This document shows, piece after piece, positions 49,867 through 62,975 of a stretch of DNA of 64,000 nt. Numbering within the stretch: position 1 is the first letter of the stretch; every line of letters begins with the position of its first letter. The notes below the pieces were generated by a model. It saw only the letters and a program-made list of their open reading frames with translations. It had not been told where the DNA came from and did no database searches. Position numbers and translations under genes: made by a program. The DNA is from Paragordius varius (taxonomy: Eukaryota; Animalia; Nematomorpha), in the NCBI GenBank assembly GCA_964247055.1, contig OZ176050.1:7874001-7938000 (forward strand), read 5' to 3'.

Positions 49867-52800
49867 TTATTGCAAAATTTCTTGAGCCAACCATTTTGGA
49901 ATAGTTAAATGATTCTTTTGCAATAAATTGTACAAAAGTTGGTTTTTGTGTCTAAAGATTAGGTGGAAATAATATACTTGTATATTTGTTGTAAATATAT
50001 TCGGGTAGAATTATTCATTGATGGGTAGGGTGTCCCTTTGCTAATCCCTAAACAATGCAATCTTCCTTTGGAATAAGGGCAATAAAAGCGTTTTGTAGGT
50101 GAGTATCTGAAATATTATAAATAATTAATAATTTCTGGATCACAAATCCAAAAAATCATACTAGAATTAAGAAAAATATTATTCCCAAATAATATTCGAT
50201 CGGCGCATAAAAAAATGAGCTAGTATGGCTTTTTTCGTTTTTCTTAAAAAATGTAGATAAGTTTGTATATCCAATACTTTGCGCCACGGAAATATATAAA
50301 TTGGATGTCTTTAATGTATTTAACTTCAAAACATTTAGAAATTCGGTTTAATATTTTTATAATGAATATATATGTATATATATTTTTCACCTGATATATT
50401 TGGTGAAATCAAAAAACTTGGATAATTGGAGTGATTTCTGCAAATTGTTCATCAGGTTTATCGGATTGTGTATTAGGTCAAATTCATCTATTGCAATTAT
50501 CTGAAAACATAGATATTTATATAAACTAAAAAAAATATTTGTAAAATTAAACCCAACTTTAATTTGAGAGATGAAATTGATATTTTAAAAAACCAATTCA
50601 TTTTGAGCAAACAAATATTTTATACAAATAATAATTGGCAACAGAATATGTCACTTAAACCAGGGGTGTTAACCCGCGCTCGGCGGGCCGCATGCAGTCT
50701 TCCGAAACGCTTTGTGAGGTTGCAAAAATATGCTGACAAAATCAGAGTAAAATTAATTATTCTTAAACAATTTTTCCAAATAAGTCTATACAATTGGCAA
50801 CGTAAAGATAAAATTGTAATAATATGTTTGCATTTTACAGTCTTAGGTTAAAATCTAATTTATGAATGTCCATATATTTTACAAAGTCTGCCCGTCGTAC
50901 TTTCTAAGTTAAAAATGCGGCCCATAAAGCCATTTGTGTTGGACACCCCTGGCATAAACACATTGTATATTCAAAATCAAATTGTAAATAAAATCAAAAT
51001 TAATTTTATAACTCTTAAAAAGTTATTTCTTGTTTGTTTTACGGATATGCAATATTTTATTTATATAACAAAAAGGTTACAAATAATTTTATTAGAAATA
51101 AACCTGTGAAGCCGGATAATATCTTAGCCATTTAACCAAATGATCATAATAAAAGCCATCATTTATACACCTTTGTTTTAATCCAAGAATCTCCTTAGCC
51201 ATTTTTCTATCCTCACCAAAATATTGTGAACCACTTTCATTTATCATGCTATCCTCAAACGTAACTATGTGGTCAAAACTGAATGTTAAGGCAGCTTTGT
51301 TCCCATGTTTTTTCATGTGCTGTACATTATATATTGTTATTTATAAATAAAATGCACATTAGTAAGACTCAAACTACATGACTTTTGAAACAATATTTAA
51401 AAACAAGTTGTCTATTAAATTATTAACTTTTAATATAAATTTCACGAAATATTACAAAAAATAGATATAAATACTAAATTTTTATGATGCAAATTCCTTG
51501 GTGTTAATATGGAAAAATAATTAACCAATTTTTTTGAAATTTATAAAAAATGCAAAGCCAAACTTGACACTTTTTGCCAATACACTTATTAATTAACTAA
51601 AAATCTATTAAAAATAATTTTTAAACAATTAAATGTTTAGCATTTAAAATTATTTTTTTATTAATAAATCCATAAGTGTGGTTTTGTTAAAAAATACTTG
51701 CTTTATAATAAAACTATACCACTAGAGCAAATAAAGTTTATGAAATGCTTGATAATATTTGTAAAAATAAGTGTTGAGTTTTAATGAAAAAAAAAGGATT
51801 TTTTTTATTAGAAGGATATTTTTTAAATGAAAAAAGTGCATTTCATATGTATAGATCAATAAAAGCGATTAAAAATCATTTTAATATTCTTGTTATGCTA
51901 AAAATATATAGATTTGTTTGCATGAAACGTTTTTAATAAGCAATTATTATGGAAATAAAAACCTGATACCATGAGTAAGCACGGTCAACAGGGTTTTTAA
52001 GTATCACCACAATTTTCGCCATGGGAAGAAGGGAAAAGGCCCGCAAAGCAACACGTCTCTCAAGATTTGCAAAATAATTGGCAGATTTATCGACAAATGC
52101 TATATCACTAGCTTTTGTGTCCCAGAAAGGAAATTTGTTTTCCAATCGAAACAAATTTAAATACCTATAATGTGAAATTTATTTTATCAAAATTGCGTAA
52201 GTAGAGAATTATGCCGAATAAAATAGTGTATATAATTTAATAATTTTTATATCGTCTTCAGGGTTCATAAATATATTGGGAATTTTCTTCGGTAAGAATT
52301 TAAACTTATACAATATTTTTATAATTTTAGTATAATGTGTATCGAAAATCATTGTTAAAAATTACAAATATAGATAAACATTAGTTTTAAGGTGATAAAA
52401 ATTAAGTATTTTTCGATTTTATAAATATAATAAGTTAAAAACCATTCTAGTCCATAATTTTCATAGGCATTACTTGAGAAAAACTGCGTTTCCTCAAAAT
52501 TTTTTGTTAGTTGGCTCGTTCTTATTAAGGGGTGAATTTGGAGAAAATTGAGCAAAGCTGTTGTCCCTAAATTATAAATGAGTTATGTAAAAAACCTAAT
52601 AAAACTTTTATATCATACTGTTTATAGTAAACAAATGTTGTATGAAACATTTTTACATCAATAAATTTCTTTTCCTATTTAATCTGAAAAATTTCCTAAA
52701 TACGTTCGATAACATAGATACTTACGTTTTTTTACTTTGTTAAATTCATAACAAGTATTTTTAAGATTCTTTGTATTTTTAATACCCTTTATAATTATAA

Positions 52801-55800
52801 ATAAATTTTTGTGAAAAGGTAATTTTGTTATATAAATATATAGCTCACAATTTTTAGTAAAATAAAATTGTTACAAAATGTTAATTATATACCTGTTTTT
52901 TGGGGACCAATTATCAATATTTTGGGGAATCGATAGCAATCGCCTGTCCTATTCCATGCAAGAAACAATGAGCGTTGGAGACATGGGTTCTTTAAATTAT
53001 TAGAAATTAGAACTACTGAAATTGTATCAAGAAGTTAAATAAATTAATGCGTTATTGAAATATATTTATTTATACACCTATTCCAAATATACCATTTATC
53101 AAATTCACCCTTGAACAATTCAAATTCACCCTCGAAACGATTCATATTCACCCTAAAATAAATTATGTGTTTTTTTAGTTTAAATATTATCTATATTTTT
53201 TTAAATTTCGATGAAATGAAATTTTGTTTGTAACTAAAATAATACTGAAAAAACAATAAACTAAGCCAAGATATATTTCTTATTAATAATGAGCCCGAAA
53301 ACACATAATTTTTTGGGGTGAGTTTGAATTGAAGGGTGAATTTGAATTGTTCGAGGTTGAATTTGAATTGTTCAAGGGTGAAATTAAATTGTAAATGGTA
53401 TATATGAAGCTAATTTTCCTCAAAAAGACTATACAACAATTTTGATATAAAAAATAATATCTCTACCTGATATATTGGATTTGTGATTTCACCCGAACGA
53501 TGGCTGGTATAAAGTTTTGCAAATTCAACTGGTGGAACCGTTTTAAATTTCAAATTAGTATGGGTAGTCAAATGAATAAATAACTTTTTTAGCACATGTG
53601 AAGCGAGCCGATCATATCCATAATTGGGCTCATGTGTCATAATAATGTTAAACTAAAAAATAAAAAATTAAATAACCAACGTTTTTAGATGTAGAAACTA
53701 TTGTCTATAATAATCTTTCAAAATATATATATTAACATGTTAACCTTAATATTTAGATTGATAAAATATGTGTTAGAAATTAATCAAAAGGCAAGATGAC
53801 CGAATAAGACCAGCACAAAGGTTTTAAACAACGTAAAAACATTTATGACATGCTGATGTAAAATAGTTCTAAAGTTGCTATTAAAATGTTGCAAAATTAA
53901 TTAGATATGAACACAATCAGTTACACTTAAACATAGGACAATTTTCTTACAGCTAAAAAACAATTGCGTTTTACCTTATCATAAACCAATTGATTTGCTA
54001 TGCCGCTCTGATCCACCATAGTTTCCAATGTATTATTCGTTGTGAATTGGGAAAATCTTAGGGTATGGGTGTATACGCCACACGTTTTCCTTGGTAATAT
54101 CTATGCAATCAAAATTATTTAATCAAATTTTTCCAAAGATAAAACTGTTTTAAAATTATATAAAAGTTATCCAAAATTATACTGTTATATTTCGGTATTT
54201 AAATGCTCGCCTCAGAGACACTGGATTAATTAAAGGGTGTAAATAGGTACTAGATATTGAGATGTTATTTAAGGCCCAAGCCTCATAAAGTACATTTGCA
54301 ACCGGATATGTGCCAAAGTGTGCAGGTGAGACTGTATAGCCACGAGACATGTTTAATCCATATTTCTAAAATAATTAAAAGTTTGTAATGGTAAATAACG
54401 GATTGGTTATGTTTTGTAATAACAGTCGTTAAAATCCGTAAGATAACGATAAAGGAAAATTAAATAGAATTAAATGAAAGTAAAAATAGAAATTATAAAC
54501 GATATGTGAAACCCTTCGTCAATAGTTTTATCAAAATAGAGTGCTTCTTATTTATTAAATTCTATGAAATCCCTAAGTAGCTATACTCTAAATCTAGGCT
54601 CACCCCTAGAGTTAATTTTCAGTTTATTTTCAAATTTTCAGTTTAAATTTGATAAATTCCATTAAATTTAATTTAAATTCGTATAACCAACTGCATTTAT
54701 ACCAAAATTGCCAAGTTTGGATATATATACGAAATCGATATGTGAAAACCCCTAGTCAAATAGTTGTGTCGTACTGATGAGTGCTAACAAGCAAGAAACT
54801 AGTCTGCGATTACTATTGACGAAGGGTTTCAGATATCGCTTATAATTTCTATTTATACTTTCATATAATTCTAATTTTCCTTTATCGTTATCTTACGGAA
54901 TTTAACAACTGTAATAATAAAAAGTTTATTGTAGCATCGTAGTAAAATAAAATATTTTTTGTGCTAGTTATATTTACACATGCAAATTTATTTAAATTTT
55001 AAAACGTGTCAATATTGGCATATTTATGTCCAATTATATACCTGAGCAAATTCAAGGTTAAGTTTGTAATCTGTGTTTAGGAGATTTAAATCAACCTTTT
55101 CATGAAAAACTCTTCTATGATCCCACGAATGAGGAAACCACCAAAAATTTGAGGCATGTTCTATCATAAAAATTAGACATATGTCTTAACTAATACCGAT
55201 ATAAATATTAAAAATAAATAAAATTGTCCTTGAATAATTAATGGTACTTGATTTTTTTAAAAAAATCATAGAAATTTATTAAAATTCCTTTGATGAATCT
55301 CAAAAAACATATGTATAAGAAAAATTACTAATTAAAGATTTAAATCCCATTCCATCATGGATAACATTGTTCCAATAATTTGCGCCCGAAAATCCAATAT
55401 TAAACGTAAATCCCTGAATGTATTTTCGCAAAATATTTTGCGTTTGCACTAAATCCTGTATACGAAACAACATTTATATTTAAAGGACAAATACGATTTT
55501 TAGGGTCTTAAAATTTTAATTTTGTTGATTTTTATACAAGGAAACCAGGGGTGTCCGATACAAATGGCTTTGCGGGTCGGATTTTTAGCTCAAAAATTAC
55601 GACGGTCCGCATTCAAAATATATATATGGGCATTCATATATAATTTGTTAGATACCAAACACAAGACTTCAAAAAGTAAATAAAATGCAACAATATTTTT
55701 CGTTCTTGGCATTTGGATAGACTTATTTGGAAAAATTGTCTAAGGAATATCAAATTTATCAATATTTTGTGAACATTTTTTCGCAAATTATGGATTTCTT

Positions 55801-58800
55801 TTCGCGGGATGCGTGTTGGTTACCCCAGGATTAAACGCCTCTCCTTGGATAAAGTAATATTGATTATAATTTTAACAAAATTGTACAAGTCGCGCTTCAT
55901 CTAGGGCAACTCTTTCCAAATAAAATGCTAAGACGATATTCAAACTTTAAGATCACCAGTGATTAACTACATAATTTGCAGGACAATCGGGAAATTTGAT
56001 TGCAATGCAATTGCTGATCAATGAATCATAAATAAACAGCGATCATATTATTTTTGATTTTAACTTAATAATCTAACCAGCAACCTACTCATCCTCCATT
56101 TTATAGAATTCAAGAATGTTAAATAGATTTTGAGATATAGCACCTCAAACTTTCTTCAAGACAGCTTTTAATGTCTTGATCGTATTGTAAATGGCAAGCC
56201 TGACTAGTGGCTTGCACTCCAGTTAGTTAGAATCACATAGCCCAATGTATTTCTTTTTAAACCAAATACTTATAAACATATACCTTTTTACAAAATGTAT
56301 CTCCGTTTGAATCAAAAAATATTTTATGACATTTAATATTCCAAGCATGAAAACTTTAATAACTATTAATGTGAAACAAATAGTTGATACCATAATTTAT
56401 GGGCTAATAAAATATGGGAATTAGTATTAAAATTTGTGGAAAAGATTAAATAAGTAGACATTGCGCCTTTAAGCACAATCGCTTCACAAAGTTATTTAAT
56501 ATTTAATAATTTCGCCCGAATAAGGTAAAGATTGATGCAAATAATTAAGAGGTTTTTAATTAAACTGAGATTATTGATTTAGCAAAAATTCCAAATTTCA
56601 TTTCTTAAAAGTACATTTGAGAATTACTTGAACGTCCGACGGCCATAAAACCTGTTGACCAACGAATCCATCATCAATGTCAACTATTACATACCTGTCA
56701 AGATTCAATAAATATTCCAGAGTTTTGAAATTTGCATTGTCAGATGGTATTATATCACTTTTAAAGCTTGTGTTTAAATGCATAAACTTTTCCCTGTGCC
56801 TTTTACATTGCGACAGGAGAAACAAAATGGAATCAAGAAAGAGTAATCGAAACGGCCACATTGAGAGGCAACCCCCAAAAATAATTACCTCATGACTTAG
56901 AAAATTATTATCATTGTTTATTCCGTCCCGATCATTCGGAATTGCAGATAATAATTGAACGATAGGTACACTTGTGAGAGTTTTATTAGGTAATTGTGTG
57001 TTTGTACTTGCTATATTATTAACAACAATTCGAGGCGAGGAATTACAAAGTGCTAGACAAGTTTGTGGTATTTGTTTAAATTCTGCGTGGATAGAACCTT
57101 CTACTAATTTCCGGCCACTTTTTGTTATATGAGTAACGGGATTCTGACCGGGAATAAATATGTCGTGTGGCTGATTTAAAGCAAAGGATTGGTTAGGAGG
57201 TAGGAACTGATGGACATTTACCAAACTCTAAAAATAATTGAAAATCAACATTAAATTAAACTATTGTCAGAAAATTCGGTAATTTAATATACGATAAACA
57301 TAAGCAAATAAATGAATATATACCATTTACAATTCAAATTCACCCTTGAAAAATTAAAATTCACCCTTGAACAATTCAAATTCACCTTCGAACCATTCAA
57401 ATTCACCCTTGAATTCAAATTCACCCTAAAAATAAATTATGTGTTTTCGGGATAATATAAAACTCATCATAAATATGAAATATATTTTACGACATAGTTT
57501 ATTATTTTTTCAGCATTATATGAATTTTTACCAGAACTTCATATTTTAAAAATGTTATAAAATAAAGGTAATTTTTAATCTTAACATAATTTATTTTAGG
57601 GTGAATTTGAATCGTTCGAGGGTGAATTTAAATTGTTCAAGGGTGAATTTGAACTGTCGGTATATATTAATTAATGGTTATATAAAGGGATTTATAATAT
57701 TTTGCTGCAAACGTTATACAAGTAGTTAAGTCTAAAAACTGAAAATTTGAAATCAAAAAGTTATATAATTACAAAACATTGAGTCGCAAATTATATAGTG
57801 CAATGGTTTTTTAAAAGGCAAATGGAGGTTAGGTTATTTTATTTCAACTTATATTATGGAAAGTTTAAAGTGATAAAAGCTTAATCTATTGGTTAAATAT
57901 CAATCGAAAATTCAACGCCCATTTACGGAGTTGTTTTTAAAATATCCTTTTAAAGTAAAAAAATCCAAACATTTTTTGAAAAATATCTTATTTGAAAATA
58001 AAAAACGCCGATTTTTCCGAAACTTTCTATATTTAAAATTTAATGTATCTCTTTGATCTTTTTTATTACATCGAATAAACAAACTTATTTCATCGAAATT
58101 AGTCTACGATTACTATTGATGAAGGGTTTAACATATCACTTTATATCAGTTAATGTTTACATTTATATTTTAAATTGAGCAATTTTAGATTAATTTTCAT
58201 TTTTACGTGGAATTTCTACAGTATATCTACAAAACTTTTTTCATGAATCAGCGAATTTTCCTTTATTATTAAATGTCGGTCGGTGAAGATAAAAGAAATT
58301 TATATATTTATAACAAGGCTTGCTTCATATGTTGTTGTAAATTTTAATTTTTTTAAAAATTAAAAATCAAGTATGGGGCAAAGGGTAGTCAGATAATCGC
58401 CAAATAACTTAAAAATATTTACAATTGAAATATCTCTTAAAAAGTATTACATAAAAATTAATAATTTCGGGCTCTTTCTAAAAAAGTGTGGATAAATCCA
58501 TCAGTAATAAGTTAAAAAAGAAGAAGAAATAATTTGTTATATAATTAAAGCTCTATAAAATTTTTAGTTATTAAACAATTTTTTTCCAATTTTAAGTAGT
58601 ATCGACCAATTTTTTAGCAATTTTAAAAATGTAGACCAGGCGTGCCCAACAAAATTAACTTGGGGAGGCACATTTTCAAGTCAAATAATCTGGTGAGCCG
58701 CAATTCAAATATATAAAGTCAAAAGAACCGATAGTACTCTATCAGAATCAATTTATAATATATGTTTAATGGCCTATAAAACTAAATTTTATTACCAAAC

Positions 58801-59989
58801 AATCTTTGATATATTGTGGCAACAGATTTAATTTTACTAAATAGGAATACAAAAAAATATTTTTTTCAAGGAAAAATAATGATATTACTTTAATATTTTT
58901 ACCAAGATTTTATAAAATATACAGTTTTTTGCAAATTAGAGAAATTCGTATATATTAGGTATTTTATAATTTTTTCGCGCGGGCAATACAGCTGGAGGGG
59001 CATGTTGGACCCATCTAATTTAGACCAATGTAATTTTATAAAAGTCCGTATTAATTGAATTACCTGGTTTTACACAAAGGGGAAGTTAAATATTTAAAAA
59101 ATAAAAGAAAGTTTCGGCATAATGATTTGATTAACGGGATATAAAACTACAACATTGAGATAGAAACTTAATTTTTTATAAAAAAAAAACCCAATACCTT
59201 ATGTAAATTCAAGGGTGTCGCGCTTAAACAAAGTATTCTAGTTCCATGAGTATTAATGTGCCATTGCAAAATTTGCAGGGCACTGAGATTCGTACCACTT
59301 TTGTTAAAAGCTATAAAATGTTTGTACAAATATATATTTTCAAAAATGACCAAAGAATAAAATTGAAAAGGAAAGGGGTCAAAAAATGATTGTTGACTAG
59401 AGTATGATTGTTTCATCTGCAAAAATTTTGCATAGAGATCATTGACTTGTCTTCGGTCTTGGTAATGAGCGAATGGATAGGGAAATATTTCATAAGTTAA
59501 TCGCGTAGTTTGTAACAAATTTAATATTGGATTTCGAATATGTTGATCTAGTTGTTTCTGGTTTGTCATTTGAAATGTACCATCCAAAACATACAACACC
59601 GAGGCATTGGCTACGATTGGTGTACCATTTTCATTCAAATTTTTATAGCGTGAAAGTGAGATTTGAGAATCTGCTATAGGTAACGGTAAATTATATTTTG
59701 GATTAAGTAACATTTGTGTTTTTAAAGGATAAATGTTTGAATCGAATACGTATTTTATTTCATTTTCAGGCAGTTTAAATGGTATAATAGGGACAACTTT
59801 CCACGATCGTAGACTATCAGATATGTAGGAAAACTGTGAATCAATACAATATTGTAAAAACAATATCGTATACCATATGCTTATGCAAGGTAATAACCAT
59901 ATTAAATTATTTTGATACGATGATACATGAATAATTTTTTTCCATAATATAATTGATGATATTATGAATCGTAAAAATTTTTTCAACAT
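49867..59989 (-). CDS. NDST: Bifunctional heparan sulfate N-deacetylase/N-sulfotransferase
   Basis: N-terminal TM anchor. Deacetylase motifs [48 protein letters not shown]. Sulfotransferase motifs [40 protein letters not shown]. Exon phases are consistent where checked. Confidence 0.95.
50661..50951 (+). mobile_element. hAT (Charlie-like) MITE, copy 1
   Basis: Ends caggggtgtt / gttggacacccctg, partial 8-bp TSD (acttaaac / gcataaac). Inverted copy at 55546-55828; terminus also at 61-76. Confidence 0.8.
53081..53402. mobile_element. MITE with subterminal ~20-bp 'attcaaattcaccctt' repeats, copy 1
   Basis: Ends tataccattt / aaatggtata. Arrays of aattcaccc on the left and gggtgaatt on the right. 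Second copy at 57320-57665. Confidence 0.8.
54412..54922. mobile_element. Element with ~110-bp inverted arms enclosing a hammerhead motif (possible Penelope-like pLTR remnant)
   Basis: 54412-54525 is a close reverse complement of 54813-54922. A third partial arm copy lies at ~54735-54763. A related remnant lies at 58094-58138. Confidence 0.65.
54768..54810 (+). ncRNA. Minimal type I hammerhead ribozyme fold (one core-adjacent mismatch)
   Basis: gtcgta-CTGATGA-g-tgct(aaca)agca-a-GAAA-c-ta-GTC-tgcgat: stem I 6 bp, stem II 4 bp, palindromic mini stem III, GUC cleavage triplet at 54802-54804. Confidence 0.7.
55546..55828 (-). mobile_element. hAT (Charlie-like) MITE, copy 2
   Basis: Diverged reverse complement of 50661-50951. 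Confidence 0.75.
57320..57665. mobile_element. MITE with subterminal 'attcaaattcaccctt' repeats, copy 2
   Basis: Five left-side and three right-side inverted repeat units; homologous to 53081-53402. Confidence 0.8.
58637..59017. mobile_element. hAT (Charlie-like) MITE
   Basis: Ends caggcgtgcccaac / gttggacccatcta. 8-bp TSD atgtagac / atttagac (7/8). Confidence 0.75.
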
Positions 59990-60654
59990 AAAAATTTAAA
60001 AATAAATATTGTCTGTAATCGTAAAAATAGAAACAAAAAATTTGAATTTTGTTATGCTTAAATAGCTTGCCGACACAAAAAGCGTGTGTGAGAGAGCATA
60101 TGAAATCATAGCAACTAATTGTGTTTCATGTGTTAAATTCATAAAAATTAAATTATGTTTATTTTGCAGCCACCAATAAGCAGGGCCCAAATGATGTAAA
60201 AACAATTTACCATATTATTATCTTTAATATTATATTTAGAGCATCATTTAGCTTAATCAATTGTTTTTTTTTCATGATTGGGGGGTGTAGACGATATATG
60301 TAAATATTTTTGGGTATATGATTCTGGTGTGTTTTAATCAAGATTAATTTAACACCTATGACCTTTGAAGTAGTTTTGGAGCGATTTGCATATCTTAAAC
60401 AATATTTAAGGTGTTAACCCGAATCTTAATAAAAATGTGTTATTTAGTTGTTTGATTTAAATTGGGATGTTTAGATATCCCAGACAATATTTAAGCTGAT
60501 ATTATATTGAAAGAAACGGTTCAAATTTATGTTCTATCCTGATAAAAAATTATATATATAAGGCAAAATATCTAAATAAAATTTAGTTTTGGTAAAAAGT
60601 TTCATTTCAAACTACTTCAATGCCATTTTTTTCCAAAATTTTTGCAATCGGTAT

Positions 60655-61525
60655 TTAATTTTAACACTTCGATTCAAATTGGGTATCTAAATACCCCAGA
60701 CTATATTTAAGTTGAACGTTTATAAAAACTACTATAAACGGTCCCATTTTAAATTTATGCTTCTATCCTAATAAAAATTATATAAATATGCCAAAATATC
60801 TAAATAAAATTTTGGTTTGAAAAAAAAGTTTAATGTCACAAACTACTTCGACGCCATTTTTATTTTACAAAATTTTTACAAAATATCGTCTTCATTTAAG
60901 TTTAAGGGTAAAATTAGAGCTAATTTTTTATTTAAATTACATCTAACATTGATAGAAATAGAAAAAGCGGTTTATTTTGTATTATTCATCAATTTTTCCA
61001 TTGCACACATGTCATGTTGGCTAAATTTTTACCTTTCGGTTTTAGCATAAAATAAGCAATACCAATTATTTTTGAATAATATTTTTTATATATTTCGGTT
61101 TATTAAGGTTATATAAGTGCTAAATTTTGCCATGGTTTCGATTCCTTCTTTATTTTTTAAGGAATTTAATTTTAAACAGGCCTGGGGTACTTAACTACCC
61201 CAATTCGATCGAATGACTAAAATGAATGTGTATCCAAGTGCTAAAAAAATTAAAGTTAATTTATTTAAATCATGATGGAAACAGAAAAAGTGGTTTATTG
61301 TCATGCACACTATCATATTGGATAATTTTTTCCTTTTTACCTTAAAATAAGCAAATTAAGTTTTTTTTAATAATTTGTTTACGGTTCATTAATGTTACAT
61401 AATTGTAAACTTTTGCCATGGTATTAATACATTCCTATGAATTTGAAAGTATTTAATTTTAACCAGACCTGAGGTATCCAACAACCCCAATTGGAATCGA
61501 AGCACGGAAATGAATGTATTGTATT
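60655..61525 (+). mobile_element. piggyBac-like MITE family A: full copy (60655-61245) plus tandem partial copy
   Basis: Begins TTAACACTTCGATTC, ends ATCCAAGTG(C/T)TAA. The 3' ~270 bp is repeated at 61250-61525. Confidence 0.75.
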
Positions 61526-62325
61526 CAAGTGTTAGGCGCATTATAAAATTTTTTTAAAAAAAATATGAAATTGTTAAAATATCCATCATAATCTTTTTCG
61601 ACGACAATTTTTCCATAATTAAAATTTTTATATAGCTATTCGTTCCAGTTGTTTTTTAGAGCTTCCAACTTTAAACTCTAAAAGTCACACCGTTAAGCTT
61701 TTAAATCAAATATATGAGAACAATGTTAATAATTAAATTTTTGTAATAACTTTCGATGTAGTTTTTTATCCCATAGCTCAATTTTGTAAATACTACAATT
61801 TTGAAAGTTATTTTAGTTAAAATTTACTTGTTAACATAACCTTTTCATGTTTCTCCATAGTACATTTTGGGGTTTATATCTCAGAGTTCAATTTTGTAAA
61901 TGAACTGCGTTGAAAGTTATTTTGGTTGTATAATATTAATTATCAAAGCTTATATATTATACAGTTTTTTTTCTTAGAACCTGAAATTGGGACAGCTCCA
62001 AAACACGATTGAACGAACAGCATTTATATATCAATATATATCAAGTTTTTACTGGTAAGATGCAGCCTGAAAGCTTATTCAATTTTTTTCAAACCATTAT
62101 ATAGATTTATTTACTTGTTGCTTAGCGATTTAAAAAAATGGCCTCGAAAAAGTTTGAGATCAGGATTTTTTTTATATTTGATAATTTTTTAAAAAAAAGT
62201 TTTGTATAATGCGCGTAAAAAAGGCTAAAGAAAGCATATATTTAGATTCGGCTTCAAACCTTTAATATTATTTAAGATACTTAAATTTGATATACTACCC
62301 CAAAAAGTAATAGAGTGTTATTGTT
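61525..62325. mobile_element. Family B foldback-like element with long inverted arms
   Basis: 61525-61680 is a diverged inverse of 61975-62215. A further partial copy lies at 63030-63340. Confidence 0.6.
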
Positions 62326-62415
62326 TCGCGTATTAGATAAAAAAGCTTACATTTTTTTCTATAGTCTAAAATTGAGACACGAAAACATGATCAAAACAAC
62401 CCGCTGGTATTAAGA

Positions 62416-62975
62416 ATTTGCACTTCAAGAGTGTCCAACACCAAGTTGGTCCTTGAACATTAAAGTTGGTCCTAAAATTTTTTAAGAATTAATATAACCA
62501 TAAATTTTGCATTTATTTTTATTTTATTATTTTTAAACCTAATTTTCTTAATTATATATTTATTAATTTAAAAATAAAACTTTTTATTAAAGAACAACTT
62601 TTTTGTTTCAAACTAATTTTTTCCAATTCAACACTATTAACTTTTAAATGTTTTTAATGAAAAATTGTAGGTAATAACCCAGGAAACTTATATATTTTAA
62701 AATTAGGTGTTAAAATCTTTATCCAAAATATTTTTAAAAAATTAATAAAGATTTACGGTTTCTCAATGATATAAAGTTAATATTGATTTAAAATTTATTA
62801 AACAATAATAGAAAATAGGTTAAAAGCGAGAAAATAGATGAATGATTTACGATTTGATTGATAAAAGTTAAAAACAAAACAAAAAAAGAAGGGACCAACT
62901 TGAGGTGTTTAAGGATTAATTTGAAATGTTCAAGGACCGATTTGTAGTGTTTAAAGACACTCTTGAAGTGCAAAT
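62416..62975. mobile_element. MITE (560 bp) with perfect 20-bp TIRs
   Basis: atttgcacttcaagagtgtc / gacactcttgaagtgcaaat, with subterminal gttggtcc / ggaccaac repeats. Confidence 0.8.

Noticed and set aside
57320-57430. ~20-bp repeats as a CRISPR-like array
   Set aside because: No unique spacers; these are inverted subterminal repeats of a MITE in a eukaryotic intron.
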